A stretch of 64,000 bases of DNA, taken from positions 27,505-91,504 of the forward strand of contig CAXBMO010000025.1 in NCBI GenBank assembly GCA_963977015.1. Direction: 5' to 3'. Source of the stretch: an uncultured bacterium (lineage in GTDB: Bacteria; Verrucomicrobiota; Verrucomicrobiia; Verrucomicrobiales; DEV007). Below, piece by piece: positions 29,801 to 39,019 of the stretch. Position 1 is the first letter of the stretch. Every line of letters begins with the position of its first letter. The translations under genes were made by a program, and so were the position numbers. The notes beneath the pieces are model-generated. The model saw only the letters and a list, made by a program, of their open reading frames with translations. It ran no database searches and was not told where the DNA came from.

Positions 29801-31831
29801 TGGGTGGAACTGGAAGGTCCGCACCCTGCCAAAGCTACCACATGGACTCAGCGACGTGAAGTCGAGGACCATGCCAATGCCAAAGTCGGCGGAACCTACA
29901 ACGGCTATTACAAAGGAGGTCACGAAAAGGCGAAGACCTTCCTGAAAACCGGCGAGCCTCAGGGCGGGATCACCGATGAGCAGGAGGCCAAGTTTCGCAT
30001 TCGTGCGTTTGAAGAGAACGGTCCGACCTTTCGCCGCTACCTCGAAGATCCGCTCACGCAAACCGGTTCCTACCTGACCATCTCCAGCCTGAACAAGGAA
30101 GAGTTCATCGCCCTGCCCCCGGAGCACCCCTCCGGATGGAAGGAAACCAAGCACGTCGTCGAGACACTTCCGCCCGGTGACTACCAACTGCGCTTCCGCA
30201 TCGGCGCTGTCAAGGGTACTTCAACGGACCGGCATTTTGTCGATCTCGGCGCGGTTCCCGACAAGGACCAGTTCAACCATATCAGCACCTTCCAAATTAC
30301 CGGAACCACTGACGAACCTCAGACCATCGAGGTGCCCGTGACCTTGACTGCGGACGGCCCTCGCAAGTTCGCGCTCCGCGAAAAGCGCGACCCGAAGGGC
30401 GATCTCAAACAGTACCGTGCCGCGCGGGCGGAAACCGGCGTCGGCCCCAAGCCTGCCTTGTGGATCGACTGGGTTGAGTGGGAGGGCCCGTTCAAGGCCT
30501 CGTCTGACGACTCAACCTTTACCGATTGGTGGGTCAGTCCCCAGACCACTCCGGACGAGTCGGCCCGCGCCCGACAGATTCTCGAGCAATTCGCCTTCAA
30601 CGCCTACCGCGGAGCCAGCCCGGAGAGCGATTTCATCGACCGTCTTTCCGGCATCTTCGAGGCGCGCCGTGCCGAGGGAGATCCCTTTGACGTCGCGATT
30701 CGATTACCTCTCAGCGTCATTCTAGCTTCGCCCGGCTTTCTTTATCTCAACGAGCCGGTAAGTAGAGAAGGGTCTCCGCACCCGCCGCAGAAGCCCGGCA
30801 AACGAATCACCCTAACCGACCGCGAACTCGCCGTTCGTCTCGCCTACTTCCTCTGGAGCGCTCCACCCGACAAAGAACTTCTCGACCTCGCCAGTCGCGG
30901 TGAACTTTCCAACTCCGACATCCTCCGGAGCCAAGTCGACCGCCTCATCGCCGATTCCCGCTCCGACGAGTTTGTGGCCGGCTTTCTCCACCAGTGGCTC
31001 GACATGGAACGCCTCGATTTCTTCCAGTTCGATACCACGCTGCATCGCGAATTCGACGAGAGCACCCGCTCGGCCGCTCGGCAGGAAGTCTATCAGTCCT
31101 TCGCTCACCTGCTTCGCGATCCCGAGGGTGGCCGACTCGGAAAAATGCTCAAGAGTGACTACATTTTTGCCAATGGCCTGCTCGCCACTTACTACGGTAT
31201 CGACGGCGTTACCGGAGATCAGTTCCAGAAAGTCACGCTTCCCGCCGATTCGCCCCGTGGTGGTTTGTTAGGCATGGCCGCGATCCATGCAATGGGCAGT
31301 GACGGCATTGAATCCAGCCCCGTCGAACGCGGTGCCTGGGTCTTGCGTCATTTGCTCAACGATCCGCCACCACCTGCACCACCGAATGTGCCGCAGTTGT
31401 CGCGCCTCGCCGATCAAGAGCTGACGACTCGCGAAAAACTCGCCGCCCACATGGAAGAAGCTCAGTGCGCCAGTTGCCATCGTAAGATCGACCCGATCGG
31501 TTTCGGCCTCGAAAATTTCGACGCCGCCGGCAAGTGGCGCACCACCGAAGGGAAAGGCAAACGCGCCCATGAGATCGACCCGGCCGACCAACTCCACGAC
31601 GGCCCCGCTTTCGCCGATTACTTCGAGCTGCGCGATCTCATCGCCGAACGCGAACCTGACTTTGCCCGTGGTTTCACCGAGCACCTCATCGGCTACGGCC
31701 TGGGGCGTCCGTTCGGGTTTACCGATGAAGATTTAGCCAATGAGATTGTGGCGGCAGCGAAGAAGGAGGATTTCGCAGTGAGTGAATTCATTCGCGCTCT
31801 GGTGCAGAGCGAGCCGTTTCAGAAAAAGTAG
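26852..31831 (+). CDS. Cytochrome c + DUF1587/1595/1592/1588/1585 protein with four internal repeats
   Basis: Likely start MRQRREF at the ATGA overlap. CLECH, MRRLNRREYQNTI, ELAVRLAYFLWS, RGGLLG, SSPVERGAWV, CASCHRKIDPIGFGLENFD. Confidence 0.88.
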   Translation: MRQRREFTISRINRVCSLIIPCWIVCIVAAFSTGSAADEPAAIFPEKHFAFFEKNCLECHDSLTEKGKVNLEEIPFQITTIAEAELWQKVLDSINSGEMPPEDEPQPDNVEKADFLDALANLMVTARKSLADTGGEITMRRLNRREYQNTIEHLLGVKLDVNSLPSDGGAGSFDTVGASQFMSSDQIEQYLKLGRSAIGEWFERRAAMGQETRTFRVEPENTVNVQSRENMAKQEEVQERYLRWKAEVDKAALLPENEKVLAQLREKFKLDDLTDSVRLYQNANLLKGTPDPTKFGFRDANAASFSYQGGYGRTHAYMKQYLEFPNSDRGTYLKLAWAIQRIDVTPKPEDLPPGTYKLRIRAGSVEGSDPSRHFIEVGHPQRVNQVPFGFSSKPIASLQVTGTEEIPEVVETIIEIGADTPREFGIQERVPAESKKTISREFYAYKRENGYGTPPAIWVDWIELEGPLPRNGVVVAKTHRVEVEKTVNVKNLEIIKGQEQKFKEKWLPWKEGVDKAAKDPANQEVMAELRQEHPQLDTEPLRLYENAGRLKGAPDPRKFGFGDPINANAHYRSIRRILDYTKHYAELPHNDRGAYLKLVSGIQRFDVTPDPKDVPPGSYKLRVRAGTVEGSDPSRHFVEIGHPQRRSATSLGFTKLLSTQQISGTIQNPQIIEVDIEIGAATPRDFGVQERQPKSAKLLRKEFDSHKKKNGYGTPPAIWVDWIELEGPIQDADVIMSEVTRVEPEKTVNPANEKEIAEIEDAHARFTEWQKGVDEAVKSPKNQAKIAELRKTEPKINHPQWFYEFADRLEGTPDPKDFGFRDSQKAAASYPPGDRANLAYHKHYAALPHRDRGTYLKVAHGTGRIIVSPEELPLGNYTLRVRAAKVEGSPAGRHFIEVGHPQREIEVRNWGLKGQAISSHQVTGTIENPQVIEIPLEVGTETIKEFAIQEKQPNNGNLKALWDAHNKLKAKNGYGHPPAIWIDWVELEGPHPAKATTWTQRREVEDHANAKVGGTYNGYYKGGHEKAKTFLKTGEPQGGITDEQEAKFRIRAFEENGPTFRRYLEDPLTQTGSYLTISSLNKEEFIALPPEHPSGWKETKHVVETLPPGDYQLRFRIGAVKGTSTDRHFVDLGAVPDKDQFNHISTFQITGTTDEPQTIEVPVTLTADGPRKFALREKRDPKGDLKQYRAARAETGVGPKPALWIDWVEWEGPFKASSDDSTFTDWWVSPQTTPDESARARQILEQFAFNAYRGASPESDFIDRLSGIFEARRAEGDPFDVAIRLPLSVILASPGFLYLNEPVSREGSPHPPQKPGKRITLTDRELAVRLAYFLWSAPPDKELLDLASRGELSNSDILRSQVDRLIADSRSDEFVAGFLHQWLDMERLDFFQFDTTLHREFDESTRSAARQEVYQSFAHLLRDPEGGRLGKMLKSDYIFANGLLATYYGIDGVTGDQFQKVTLPADSPRGGLLGMAAIHAMGSDGIESSPVERGAWVLRHLLNDPPPPAPPNVPQLSRLADQELTTREKLAAHMEEAQCASCHRKIDPIGFGLENFDAAGKWRTTEGKGKRAHEIDPADQLHDGPAFADYFELRDLIAEREPDFARGFTEHLIGYGLGRPFGFTDEDLANEIVAAAKKEDFAVSEFIRALVQSEPFQKK
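27491..30490 (+). repeat. Four tandem ~215-255 aa protein repeats, each ending PA(I/L)W(V/I)DW(I/V)E(L/W)EGP
   Basis: Units at about 27491-28253, 28283-29036, 29066-29821 and 29842-30490 share LPPG.Y.LR.R.G.V.GS...RHF. Units 1-3 also share NGYG.PPAIW. Confidence 0.85.
30762..30784 (+). repeat. GTAG-type REP-like palindrome inside the coding sequence
   Basis: GTAGAGAAGGGTCTCCGCACCCG matches the reverse complement of 39078-39100 at 22/23 nt; internal GGGT..ACCC hairpin. Confidence 0.7.
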
Positions 31832-31961
31832 ACGTCGCCCCCCCTGATTCTCCAACCTAACACTCCACTAAAAGATGTTCTTCAACTATGAAAAAACAAC
31901 GGAACGCAAACGAGCGGAGTTTTCCCTATACAGGTAGGGCAGTTTTATTTTTATATTTTAA

Positions 31962-33236
31962 GTGATGCGTAAGTCTTTAGATCAACCGCGAGACTGCGGC
32001 GGAATGCAGCGCCGGACCTTCCTCAAGGGGGCAGGCGTTGCCTTGTTGCTTCCGCGCTTGGAGAGCTTCGGACAGGTCGAGGATCTGTCGCCACGGCGAA
32101 TGCTCACGATCGTGAATCACCTCAGCTTCTATCAGCCCGAGCTGATTCCCAAAACCGACGGCCCTTTCGAAAAGCCGCCGGCCCTGCTGGCCAATTTGTC
32201 GGATCACTTTCCGCACCTGAAGATGTACAGCGGAATGAACAACCCTGCCGTTCAAAACGGATTCGGGCACACGCCCTGCGTCGGGATTCTCTCCGGTTAC
32301 TTCAACAAGCTGCATCGCAAGAATCGCGTCTCCATCGACCAGGCGATCGCGGATCATATGGGAGACGATACCCGCTTCCGCTCTCTCGTTTTCCAGGCCG
32401 GTGAGAATTTGAATTTCTCCCAGATCTCCTGGGACAAGCACGGCTTGCCGGTGCACCAGCTCGATTCGCCTCGCAAGATCTTCAATCTGCTCTTCGGAGT
32501 GAATGAAAACGAGAAGGTGCAACAGCAGATCCTCGACGAGGATCGCAGCATTCTCGATGCGGTGCTCTCCCAGGCCAAGTCGATGGAGAAGCGGCTGACT
32601 GCGACTGACCGGGAAAAGATGGACGAATATCTCACCTCGGTGCGCGACGCGGAGAAGACCGTGCGCAAGCAGGCCCATTGGTCCGGCCGCCCCAAGCCGG
32701 AGGTGGACTACGATGCGAATGACGAACTCAAACACTTCGACCGCAAATCGGTAGACGACTACGTGGCCACCCTCCTGGACCTGGCCGTCCTCGCCCTGGA
32801 AACCGATTCCACCCGGGCGGTCACAGTGCAGATTCCTTTCTGGGAAGGATTCAAGGAACCGGAGCTGACCGGCAACTACCACGATCTTTCGCATCACGGC
32901 CAGAAGCCGGACAAAGTCGAGAAACTTTTGAAGATGGAACACGGGATTCTCAATCGCATCAGTGACGCGCTCACGACGATGAAGCAGCGCAAGGCGGGGA
33001 ACAGCGTGCTCTTCGATCAAACGACGACGCTGCTGACGGCCTCGATGGGCAGTGCCAACGCCCATAACTTTGATGACCTTCCCGCGCTCGTCTTCGATTC
33101 ACGCGTGAAGACTCCCGGCTTCTCGCGGCGTCAGGACGTGCCGATGAGCAATCTCTACCTCGGCCTCCTGCAACAATTCGGCGCCGAACAGGACCAGTTC
33201 GGCGAAAGCAACAGCGCCTTCGACCTCTTGGCCTGA
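31962..33236 (+). CDS. DUF1552 family protein
   Basis: RRTFLKGAGVALLLPRLES, SIDQAIA, DREKMDEYLTSVR, YHDLSHHG. Confidence 0.88.
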   Translation: MMRKSLDQPRDCGGMQRRTFLKGAGVALLLPRLESFGQVEDLSPRRMLTIVNHLSFYQPELIPKTDGPFEKPPALLANLSDHFPHLKMYSGMNNPAVQNGFGHTPCVGILSGYFNKLHRKNRVSIDQAIADHMGDDTRFRSLVFQAGENLNFSQISWDKHGLPVHQLDSPRKIFNLLFGVNENEKVQQQILDEDRSILDAVLSQAKSMEKRLTATDREKMDEYLTSVRDAEKTVRKQAHWSGRPKPEVDYDANDELKHFDRKSVDDYVATLLDLAVLALETDSTRAVTVQIPFWEGFKEPELTGNYHDLSHHGQKPDKVEKLLKMEHGILNRISDALTTMKQRKAGNSVLFDQTTTLLTASMGSANAHNFDDLPALVFDSRVKTPGFSRRQDVPMSNLYLGLLQQFGAEQDQFGESNSAFDLLA

Positions 33237-35539
33237 TGCGACCCATCTGGACAGCCATTCTCTTAGTCTGCGCCGCGCCATCGCTGGCACGCGCAGAACC
33301 AGCCCTCGAAACATTCTTCTCCCAACACTGCGTCGAGTGCCACGGACCCGACAAGCAGAAAGGAAAGGTGCGCCTGGACCTGTCAGCCGACGAATTCTTC
33401 GCCACGAGCGAACTGACGGAGACCGTGATCGCCGTGCTCGAAGCGGAAGAGATGCCGCCGGAAGACGAGCCTCAACCCGGCGACGACGAGAGAGCACGCG
33501 TCGTTGAACTGCTCGAGGGCCGCATCCTCGCCCGTCGTCCTGCCAATCCCCTCAAGCGGCTGACGCAGGCGGAGTACCAGAACACGATCCTGGACCTCTT
33601 CGGCGTCGATTTCGACTTCACCGACCTCCTTCCGTCCGACCAGGTCGAACATGGCTTCGACAAATTTGGCGAGTCGCACCTGATGTCATCCCACCAGGTT
33701 GTGGCCTATCTCAAGACGGCCCGCTTCGTGGCCGAGCGCCTCCTGCCGGATACACAACCCGAGACGAAAACGTGGGAGTTCGACGCGCGACACTTTCACG
33801 GCAGCAAGAATTTCGCGACCGGCGGCGGCGGCGATTTCCGCGATGGAGACGACTATGTCATCACCGGCTTTCGTCCCTACCGCAGCAATCTGCATTTCTC
33901 CATCGATCCAGACAGCCACGACCAGTTTGTCATCCCCGCCTTCGGTGTCTACCGCCTCGAAGTGAAGGCGCGTTCGGAGAAATCCAAGGAGGGTGAAATC
34001 GTCGGCATCAATCTCGGGGATGGGCGCCACCCGACCAGCTTTCGGAATATCCGACGGGTTGCCATGCCTCATGGTTCGCGCGGGTTTACGACCGAGCTCA
34101 CCTTGAAGGCAGGCGACAAGCTCGCCTTCACCTTCACCTTCGACAGCGCCCGCGTGCCGGGGAGGAGTCTGGCCAAGAAGCCACACACAGGTCCGGCGAT
34201 GCGGTTCTCGCAGGTGAAAGTAACCGGCCCGTTGGTCGAACAGTGGCCCAGCTCCGCGATGCAAGCCGCCCTCCCCCGGCCGGACATGACGCCCGAGGAA
34301 CTGGTCGATCACATCGCCCTGCTGCTGACCCAGCGGGCACTGGGGGCGGAGGATCGCAAGGCCTTCGTCGAGATTGCCCGGAGCCGGCACACGTCCGGTG
34401 CCACCCCGACGGCCACAGCTCGATCAGTCTTGATCGCCCTGCTGACCTCGCCGCACTTCCTCTACAAGTCCGAGTCGCCCGAGTTGACAGGAGTGGAGCT
34501 GGCGCATCGCCTTTCCTACTTCCTGTGGAATTCCGTGCCGGATCCCGAATTGCTTGAGGCTGCCTCCTCCGGAGAATTGGCCGGGGATTCAGCGGCGCAG
34601 GTGGAGCGCATGCTGGCCGACGCCAAGGTGGACCGTTTCATCGAGGACTTCACCCGTCAGTGGCTCCAGCGGGACAAGGTGGACGACTTTGGCCCGGACG
34701 TGCGCGTCTACAAGGATGTCCGGAACATGACGGTCGATTCCATGGGGCGGGAGGGTCGTGAGCTCTTTGCCCACCTTCTCAAGAACGACCTGAGCATGGA
34801 ACACTTCATCGATTCGGATTTCGTCATGGCGAACGACCGCCTCGCGCGCTTCTACAAATTGCCACCCGTGAAGGGCGATGAGTTTGTTCCCGTGACGCTG
34901 CCCGGGGACAGCGAGCGCGGCGGGCTCATTGCCCAGGCCGGTTTTCTGAAGCTCACTTCCACGGATTTCGCGACCTCCCCCATCCATCGCGGAGCCTGGA
35001 TTCTGAAGAATCTCTACAACGAGAAGATCGAGCCGCCGGCCGATGTGGTGATCAATGAGCCCGACATCCGGGGTGCCACCACCGTCCGCGAAGCCGTTCT
35101 CAAGCATCAACAGCTCGAGAGCTGCTCCCGCTGTCACTCGAAGATCGACCCCCTCGGTTTCGCCCTCGAATACTACGATCCGGTCGGCCGCAAGCGGAAC
35201 CAGTATCGCCACGTCGAAGAACTCCCGGCCGAGGACGAGGGAACTACCTTCACCAAGAAACTCAAATTCAACGAGGTCCCGATTGAGGCAACGATGGCGC
35301 TGCCGAACGGTCGCGAAGTGAGCGACCTGCCCAGCCTCAAGGCCGCCCTGATGGACGACCAGGAACGAATTCTCAAGGGCATCATCAGCAAGCTCATCGG
35401 CTACGCCATCGGACGTGAGACTGGGGTTGCGGACCGGCCTTATGTGGACGCAGTTTACGAGGCTGCCAAAGCGCGTGAGTATTCGTTGCGCGCCGCGATC
35501 GAGGCGATTGTGGTGCATCCGGAGTTTGGGCGGAAGTGA
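33236..35539 (+). CDS. Cytochrome c + DUF1592/DUF1588-family protein
   Basis: CVECH, KRLTQAEYQNTI, LAHRLSYFLWNS, TSPIHRGAWI, CSRCHSKIDPLGFALE. Confidence 0.88.
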   Translation: MRPIWTAILLVCAAPSLARAEPALETFFSQHCVECHGPDKQKGKVRLDLSADEFFATSELTETVIAVLEAEEMPPEDEPQPGDDERARVVELLEGRILARRPANPLKRLTQAEYQNTILDLFGVDFDFTDLLPSDQVEHGFDKFGESHLMSSHQVVAYLKTARFVAERLLPDTQPETKTWEFDARHFHGSKNFATGGGGDFRDGDDYVITGFRPYRSNLHFSIDPDSHDQFVIPAFGVYRLEVKARSEKSKEGEIVGINLGDGRHPTSFRNIRRVAMPHGSRGFTTELTLKAGDKLAFTFTFDSARVPGRSLAKKPHTGPAMRFSQVKVTGPLVEQWPSSAMQAALPRPDMTPEELVDHIALLLTQRALGAEDRKAFVEIARSRHTSGATPTATARSVLIALLTSPHFLYKSESPELTGVELAHRLSYFLWNSVPDPELLEAASSGELAGDSAAQVERMLADAKVDRFIEDFTRQWLQRDKVDDFGPDVRVYKDVRNMTVDSMGREGRELFAHLLKNDLSMEHFIDSDFVMANDRLARFYKLPPVKGDEFVPVTLPGDSERGGLIAQAGFLKLTSTDFATSPIHRGAWILKNLYNEKIEPPADVVINEPDIRGATTVREAVLKHQQLESCSRCHSKIDPLGFALEYYDPVGRKRNQYRHVEELPAEDEGTTFTKKLKFNEVPIEATMALPNGREVSDLPSLKAALMDDQERILKGIISKLIGYAIGRETGVADRPYVDAVYEAAKAREYSLRAAIEAIVVHPEFGRK

Positions 35540-35746
35540 GTGAACAGGGTTGGGTCGGTGGTGTGACCCTGTTGAGTCGCGGTTTGGAAATGCTCACTCG
35601 TATCCTCTTTTTCTGCTGTTTGCTCGAAAAGCCAATTTTCCAGCGTTTTTCCGTTGCCAGTGCAGCTCAACCGCTGCAAACTAATGGCACTGAGGCTGGA
35701 AAGGTGTCCCCTGCCGAAAACAAGAACAAGCAATCCAAAAATACAA

Positions 35747-35899
35747 ATGAACTACGATCATGCCTGTGTAACTTGGACTCCTGAGGATACTGAGGATCTC
35801 GGAAAAGACGTCAATGCACCCTCGCAAAAAATGACTGAAAATTCCGACACTTTCAAGAAAGTTAATTCTAATCTTGAGCAAGCTGAAACTCCGAAATAA
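35747..35899 (+). CDS. Candidate RiPP precursor peptide (50 aa, N-terminal MNYDH)
   Basis: ATG AAC TAC GAT CAT.. gives MNYDHACVTWTPEDTEDLGKDVNAPSQKMTENSDTFKKVNSNLEQAETPK*, ending 49 nt before the P450. No clear RBS. Confidence 0.4.
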   Translation: MNYDHACVTWTPEDTEDLGKDVNAPSQKMTENSDTFKKVNSNLEQAETPK

Positions 35900-35948
35900 C
35901 CGATGCGACTGAAACCGTCGCAAAAACGCCGGTGATATTAGTGATAGG

Positions 35949-37103
35949 TTGACAGTGAACCTGCTGTATCGCCCACTATGCCAAGATACAATCAATAATC
36001 CGTATCCGATCTATGATCGGCTTCGGGCTGAGGAGCCCGTCTATTGGCATGATCAGACGTCGTCCTGGGTTCTTTCTAGATACGACGATTGCCGATTTGT
36101 GTTGAGTAGCCATGAGCTATTTGCGCGCGATCGCCGTCGAGTTGGAATGCGGCTGCCCGCCAATCAGGACAACTTGCAGGTACAAGATCCGCCCAAACAT
36201 ACCGAATTTCGCTCTACCTTGTCGCTAGCCTTTAAGAAGCAGGACTTGCCACAACTGATATCCGCAGCTCGAGTGCGGCTCGAAGATAGCGTCTTCCGAC
36301 GAACACATCGAGCGCCATTCGATTTCATGTCTGAAGTGGCCACGGATATTGCCCTTGATATCTCATTGAAACTCATTGGGGCAGATGGGAACAAACCTTC
36401 GAATTATCATTCCATATTTGAAGAGATCGCCAAGCAGATGGACTCTTCCATCGACCCGAGTAGACGTGGCGGCACGGACGCCACTTCAGCGCTTCGATCT
36501 CTTATGGGGACTTGGATGGCCACTCCAACAACGGCAGGCTTAATTGGAGCATTGCAAGAAGGTGCATTGGAAAAATTTGACAGCGACTTTATTACAAACA
36601 CAATGTGCGGGGTATTTAACGCTTGCTACAGCACGCTCTATGCTTTGACGGGAAGCGTGTTCTTGACAATGCTTACCAATCGACATCTTTTGCAATCAAA
36701 CGTCAAAGTTGCAACGGATGTTGCTGCTCAGGAACTCATTCGATACATCAGTCCCGCGCAAGGCGCTACTAGGTACGCGGTGGCCCCGATTGAGATTAGC
36801 AACAAGACAGTTAAACGCGGGGACGCTGTGATTATATTATTCGGTGCCGCGAACCGAGATCCTGAAAAGTTCCATACCCCTGCGAAGGTATTACTTGATC
36901 GATCTCCGAATCCGCATCTCGGATTTGGGTGGGGTAGTCATTTTTGTATTGGCGCATCGGTTGCTTCCCAATGGGTTCGAGAATTGCTTTCGTTCATACA
37001 GATGAAGCATGAAAGCTTGGAGATCTGCGGAGAGCCTGCATACTTGAATCTGGCAACATTGCGGTGCTTGCAGAGGCTTGATCTGAGCCTAAATCAAGCC
37101 TGA
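35949..37103 (+). CDS. Cytochrome P450 (possibly a peptide-crosslinking clade)
   Basis: PYPIYDRLRAEEPVYWH, DPPKH, ELIRY (ExxR), AANRDPEKF, HLGFGWGSHFCIG heme ligand; atypical I-helix FNACYST. Confidence 0.92.
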   Translation: MTVNLLYRPLCQDTINNPYPIYDRLRAEEPVYWHDQTSSWVLSRYDDCRFVLSSHELFARDRRRVGMRLPANQDNLQVQDPPKHTEFRSTLSLAFKKQDLPQLISAARVRLEDSVFRRTHRAPFDFMSEVATDIALDISLKLIGADGNKPSNYHSIFEEIAKQMDSSIDPSRRGGTDATSALRSLMGTWMATPTTAGLIGALQEGALEKFDSDFITNTMCGVFNACYSTLYALTGSVFLTMLTNRHLLQSNVKVATDVAAQELIRYISPAQGATRYAVAPIEISNKTVKRGDAVIILFGAANRDPEKFHTPAKVLLDRSPNPHLGFGWGSHFCIGASVASQWVRELLSFIQMKHESLEICGEPAYLNLATLRCLQRLDLSLNQA

Positions 37104-37119
37104 CTCGGTTGCGATAAAG

Positions 37120-37833
37120 CTATATCGAATTTAATCTGGCCCTAACTATATTGTAGATTCTCGGAGGGGCGGTGGTGTCAGCCCCATCGTAAAATGCAAC
37201 GAACGATTCGTGCTGTATGACTTCAAGGCTCGCAGCTCGGCAAAAGTCGTGAATCTCGTGCGTATGCCACCGGAATTGAATTGATTCAATGTCTCGTGCG
37301 ATTTTTAGCCCAATTGAGCCGGCAAATTTGACTGTCCAAAATGTTTTTGTTGTGCGATCGCATTGTTTAGCGTGGTGCATTATGATCGGCTGGTAGGTAA
37401 AGATAAGCTCACCGACCTGATTGAGAAATCCCTTTAACGTGCAGATTAGACTATCAATTCGTTCGATATATTCGAAAACTCCTGAACTAACGATCAAGTC
37501 AAACTTCGGCCAGGCAAATGTGCTGATTTCGCAGGTTGCTTTGATCTGGCGAATATCTGCGGCGGGAAATTTTTTTCGACAAACTTCTACCATTCCTGAC
37601 GAAACATCGACAGCGAATATATTGGATTGAATGACGCACACATCAAGCGCATCAAGTAGGTTTCCAGTACCAACACCAAAATCTAGGAGCTTGGTTTTTG
37701 CGCCTAGTAACGGTTTGACTACGGCGGCAACGGCACTTGGGGACTTCCAGTCAGCGGCAGTCTTCTTATCATAAACAGGAGAAATTGTATCAAAAAATTC
37801 CCTGTTGATTTTGTTTTCATCTTGCGAGTGCAT
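37120..37833 (-). CDS. Class I SAM-dependent methyltransferase
   Basis: LLDFGVGTG motif I, AVDVSSGM, FDLIVSSGVFEYI. Confidence 0.88.
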   Translation of the reverse strand: MHSQDENKINREFFDTISPVYDKKTAADWKSPSAVAAVVKPLLGAKTKLLDFGVGTGNLLDALDVCVIQSNIFAVDVSSGMVEVCRKKFPAADIRQIKATCEISTFAWPKFDLIVSSGVFEYIERIDSLICTLKGFLNQVGELIFTYQPIIMHHAKQCDRTTKTFWTVKFAGSIGLKIARDIESIQFRWHTHEIHDFCRAASLEVIQHESFVAFYDGADTTAPPRIYNIVRARLNSI

Positions 37834-37883
37834 TGATTCCTCAGGGGTGAATTTTTGTTGCCCTTGCCAATGAACGCAAAGTT

Positions 37884-38732
37884 TTAGAATGGTCGGTCGC
37901 CGATGATTCCAGCCCGCTCCATCTTTCTCTTGGTGGGCCAGTAGTCGTGCACTGCATAGTGCTGGGTAGAGCGGTTATCCCAAATCGCAACGCTGTTTGG
38001 TCGCCAGCGAAATCTCACTTGATACTCAGGCACCATCGCTTGGCTCTGGAGGTAGTTGAGAAGCAAGCTTGCGCCTGGGTTCTTGTCCAGACCATTGCGC
38101 ACATTTTGCGGCGTGTGGTAGTTGACAAAGTGCGTGGTGAAGCTTGCTACAAATAGTATCTTCTCACCAGTCTCGGGATGTGTTCGCACCACCGGGTGCT
38201 CTACTGGCGGATTGTTGGCCGCCAGCTCGTCCCGTTCTTCGATGGACATAGCCGCCCCGAAGGAGTGTTCGATGCTGGACCTGGCGCGCAGATCGGCAAT
38301 CCGATCCTTAATATCCTGCGGCAGCCCCTCATACGCCTCGACCATGTTGACCCAGATCGTGTCGCCGCCGTCGGCCGGACACTCGATGCAGCGCAGCACC
38401 GCTCCCATCGCGGGGTTTTCGCGCCATAGGCCATCGACATGCCAGTGGTTTTCGTAGGGGTCGCAGTTTTTGCCGCGATAGAGCTGAAGCAGTCCAGGGT
38501 GGTCAGGATTGCTGCGGGCGAACGGGTGCTCCTCTAATTCGCCGAAGCGGCGTGCGAAGGCCACATGTTCGGCTGGCGTGATATCCTGATCCCGTAGGAA
38601 CAGCACGTGATGCTCCAGCAGCAGCTTTCTGATCTCGGCGAACAGACCTGAGTCGTGGGCAGCATCGCGCAGATTAACGCCCGATAGTTCTGCACCGATT
38701 TTACGGGTAAGTTTTTCGACTTTAATTGTCAT
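37884..38732 (-). CDS. TauD/TfdA-family Fe(II)/2-oxoglutarate dioxygenase
   Basis: IGAELSGVNL, WHVD (HxD), GGDTIW, HPVVRTHPETG, WDNRSTQHYA. Confidence 0.93.
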   Translation of the reverse strand: MTIKVEKLTRKIGAELSGVNLRDAAHDSGLFAEIRKLLLEHHVLFLRDQDITPAEHVAFARRFGELEEHPFARSNPDHPGLLQLYRGKNCDPYENHWHVDGLWRENPAMGAVLRCIECPADGGDTIWVNMVEAYEGLPQDIKDRIADLRARSSIEHSFGAAMSIEERDELAANNPPVEHPVVRTHPETGEKILFVASFTTHFVNYHTPQNVRNGLDKNPGASLLLNYLQSQAMVPEYQVRFRWRPNSVAIWDNRSTQHYAVHDYWPTKRKMERAGIIGDRPF

Positions 38733-39019
38733 CAGTTGCCAGTGTAAAAATTACTGTATTGAAATTGCCTTTTCAACGATAATCACCGGTGCCATTCAGG
38801 TCCGGCGACAATTCTTGACTTTTCTTTAGCAGAGACGGATCTCGCAGAAACACGACAATCGTCCGAGCCGCCAAGGAACTGAACTCAATCTTTTCCGAGC
38901 CATCATCGGCCTCGTCGCAGCGATCCTGTTGATTGGGGTAGGTATTCTGAGGCAGCAAGGACGAGCCATCCCCCGACCGGACGGGGATTGAACCCGAATG
39001 GGGCAAGGTTGAGCGAAAC

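Noticed and set aside
27491-30490. Repeats as a CRISPR array or DGR template/variable pair
   Set aside because: The units are long, in-frame and protein-level; there are no short spaced repeats, cas genes or reverse transcriptase.
37884-38732. Assigning the gene symbol tauD
   Set aside because: The family is clear, but substrate (taurine, alkylsulfate or peptide) cannot be determined and no tauABC genes are nearby.
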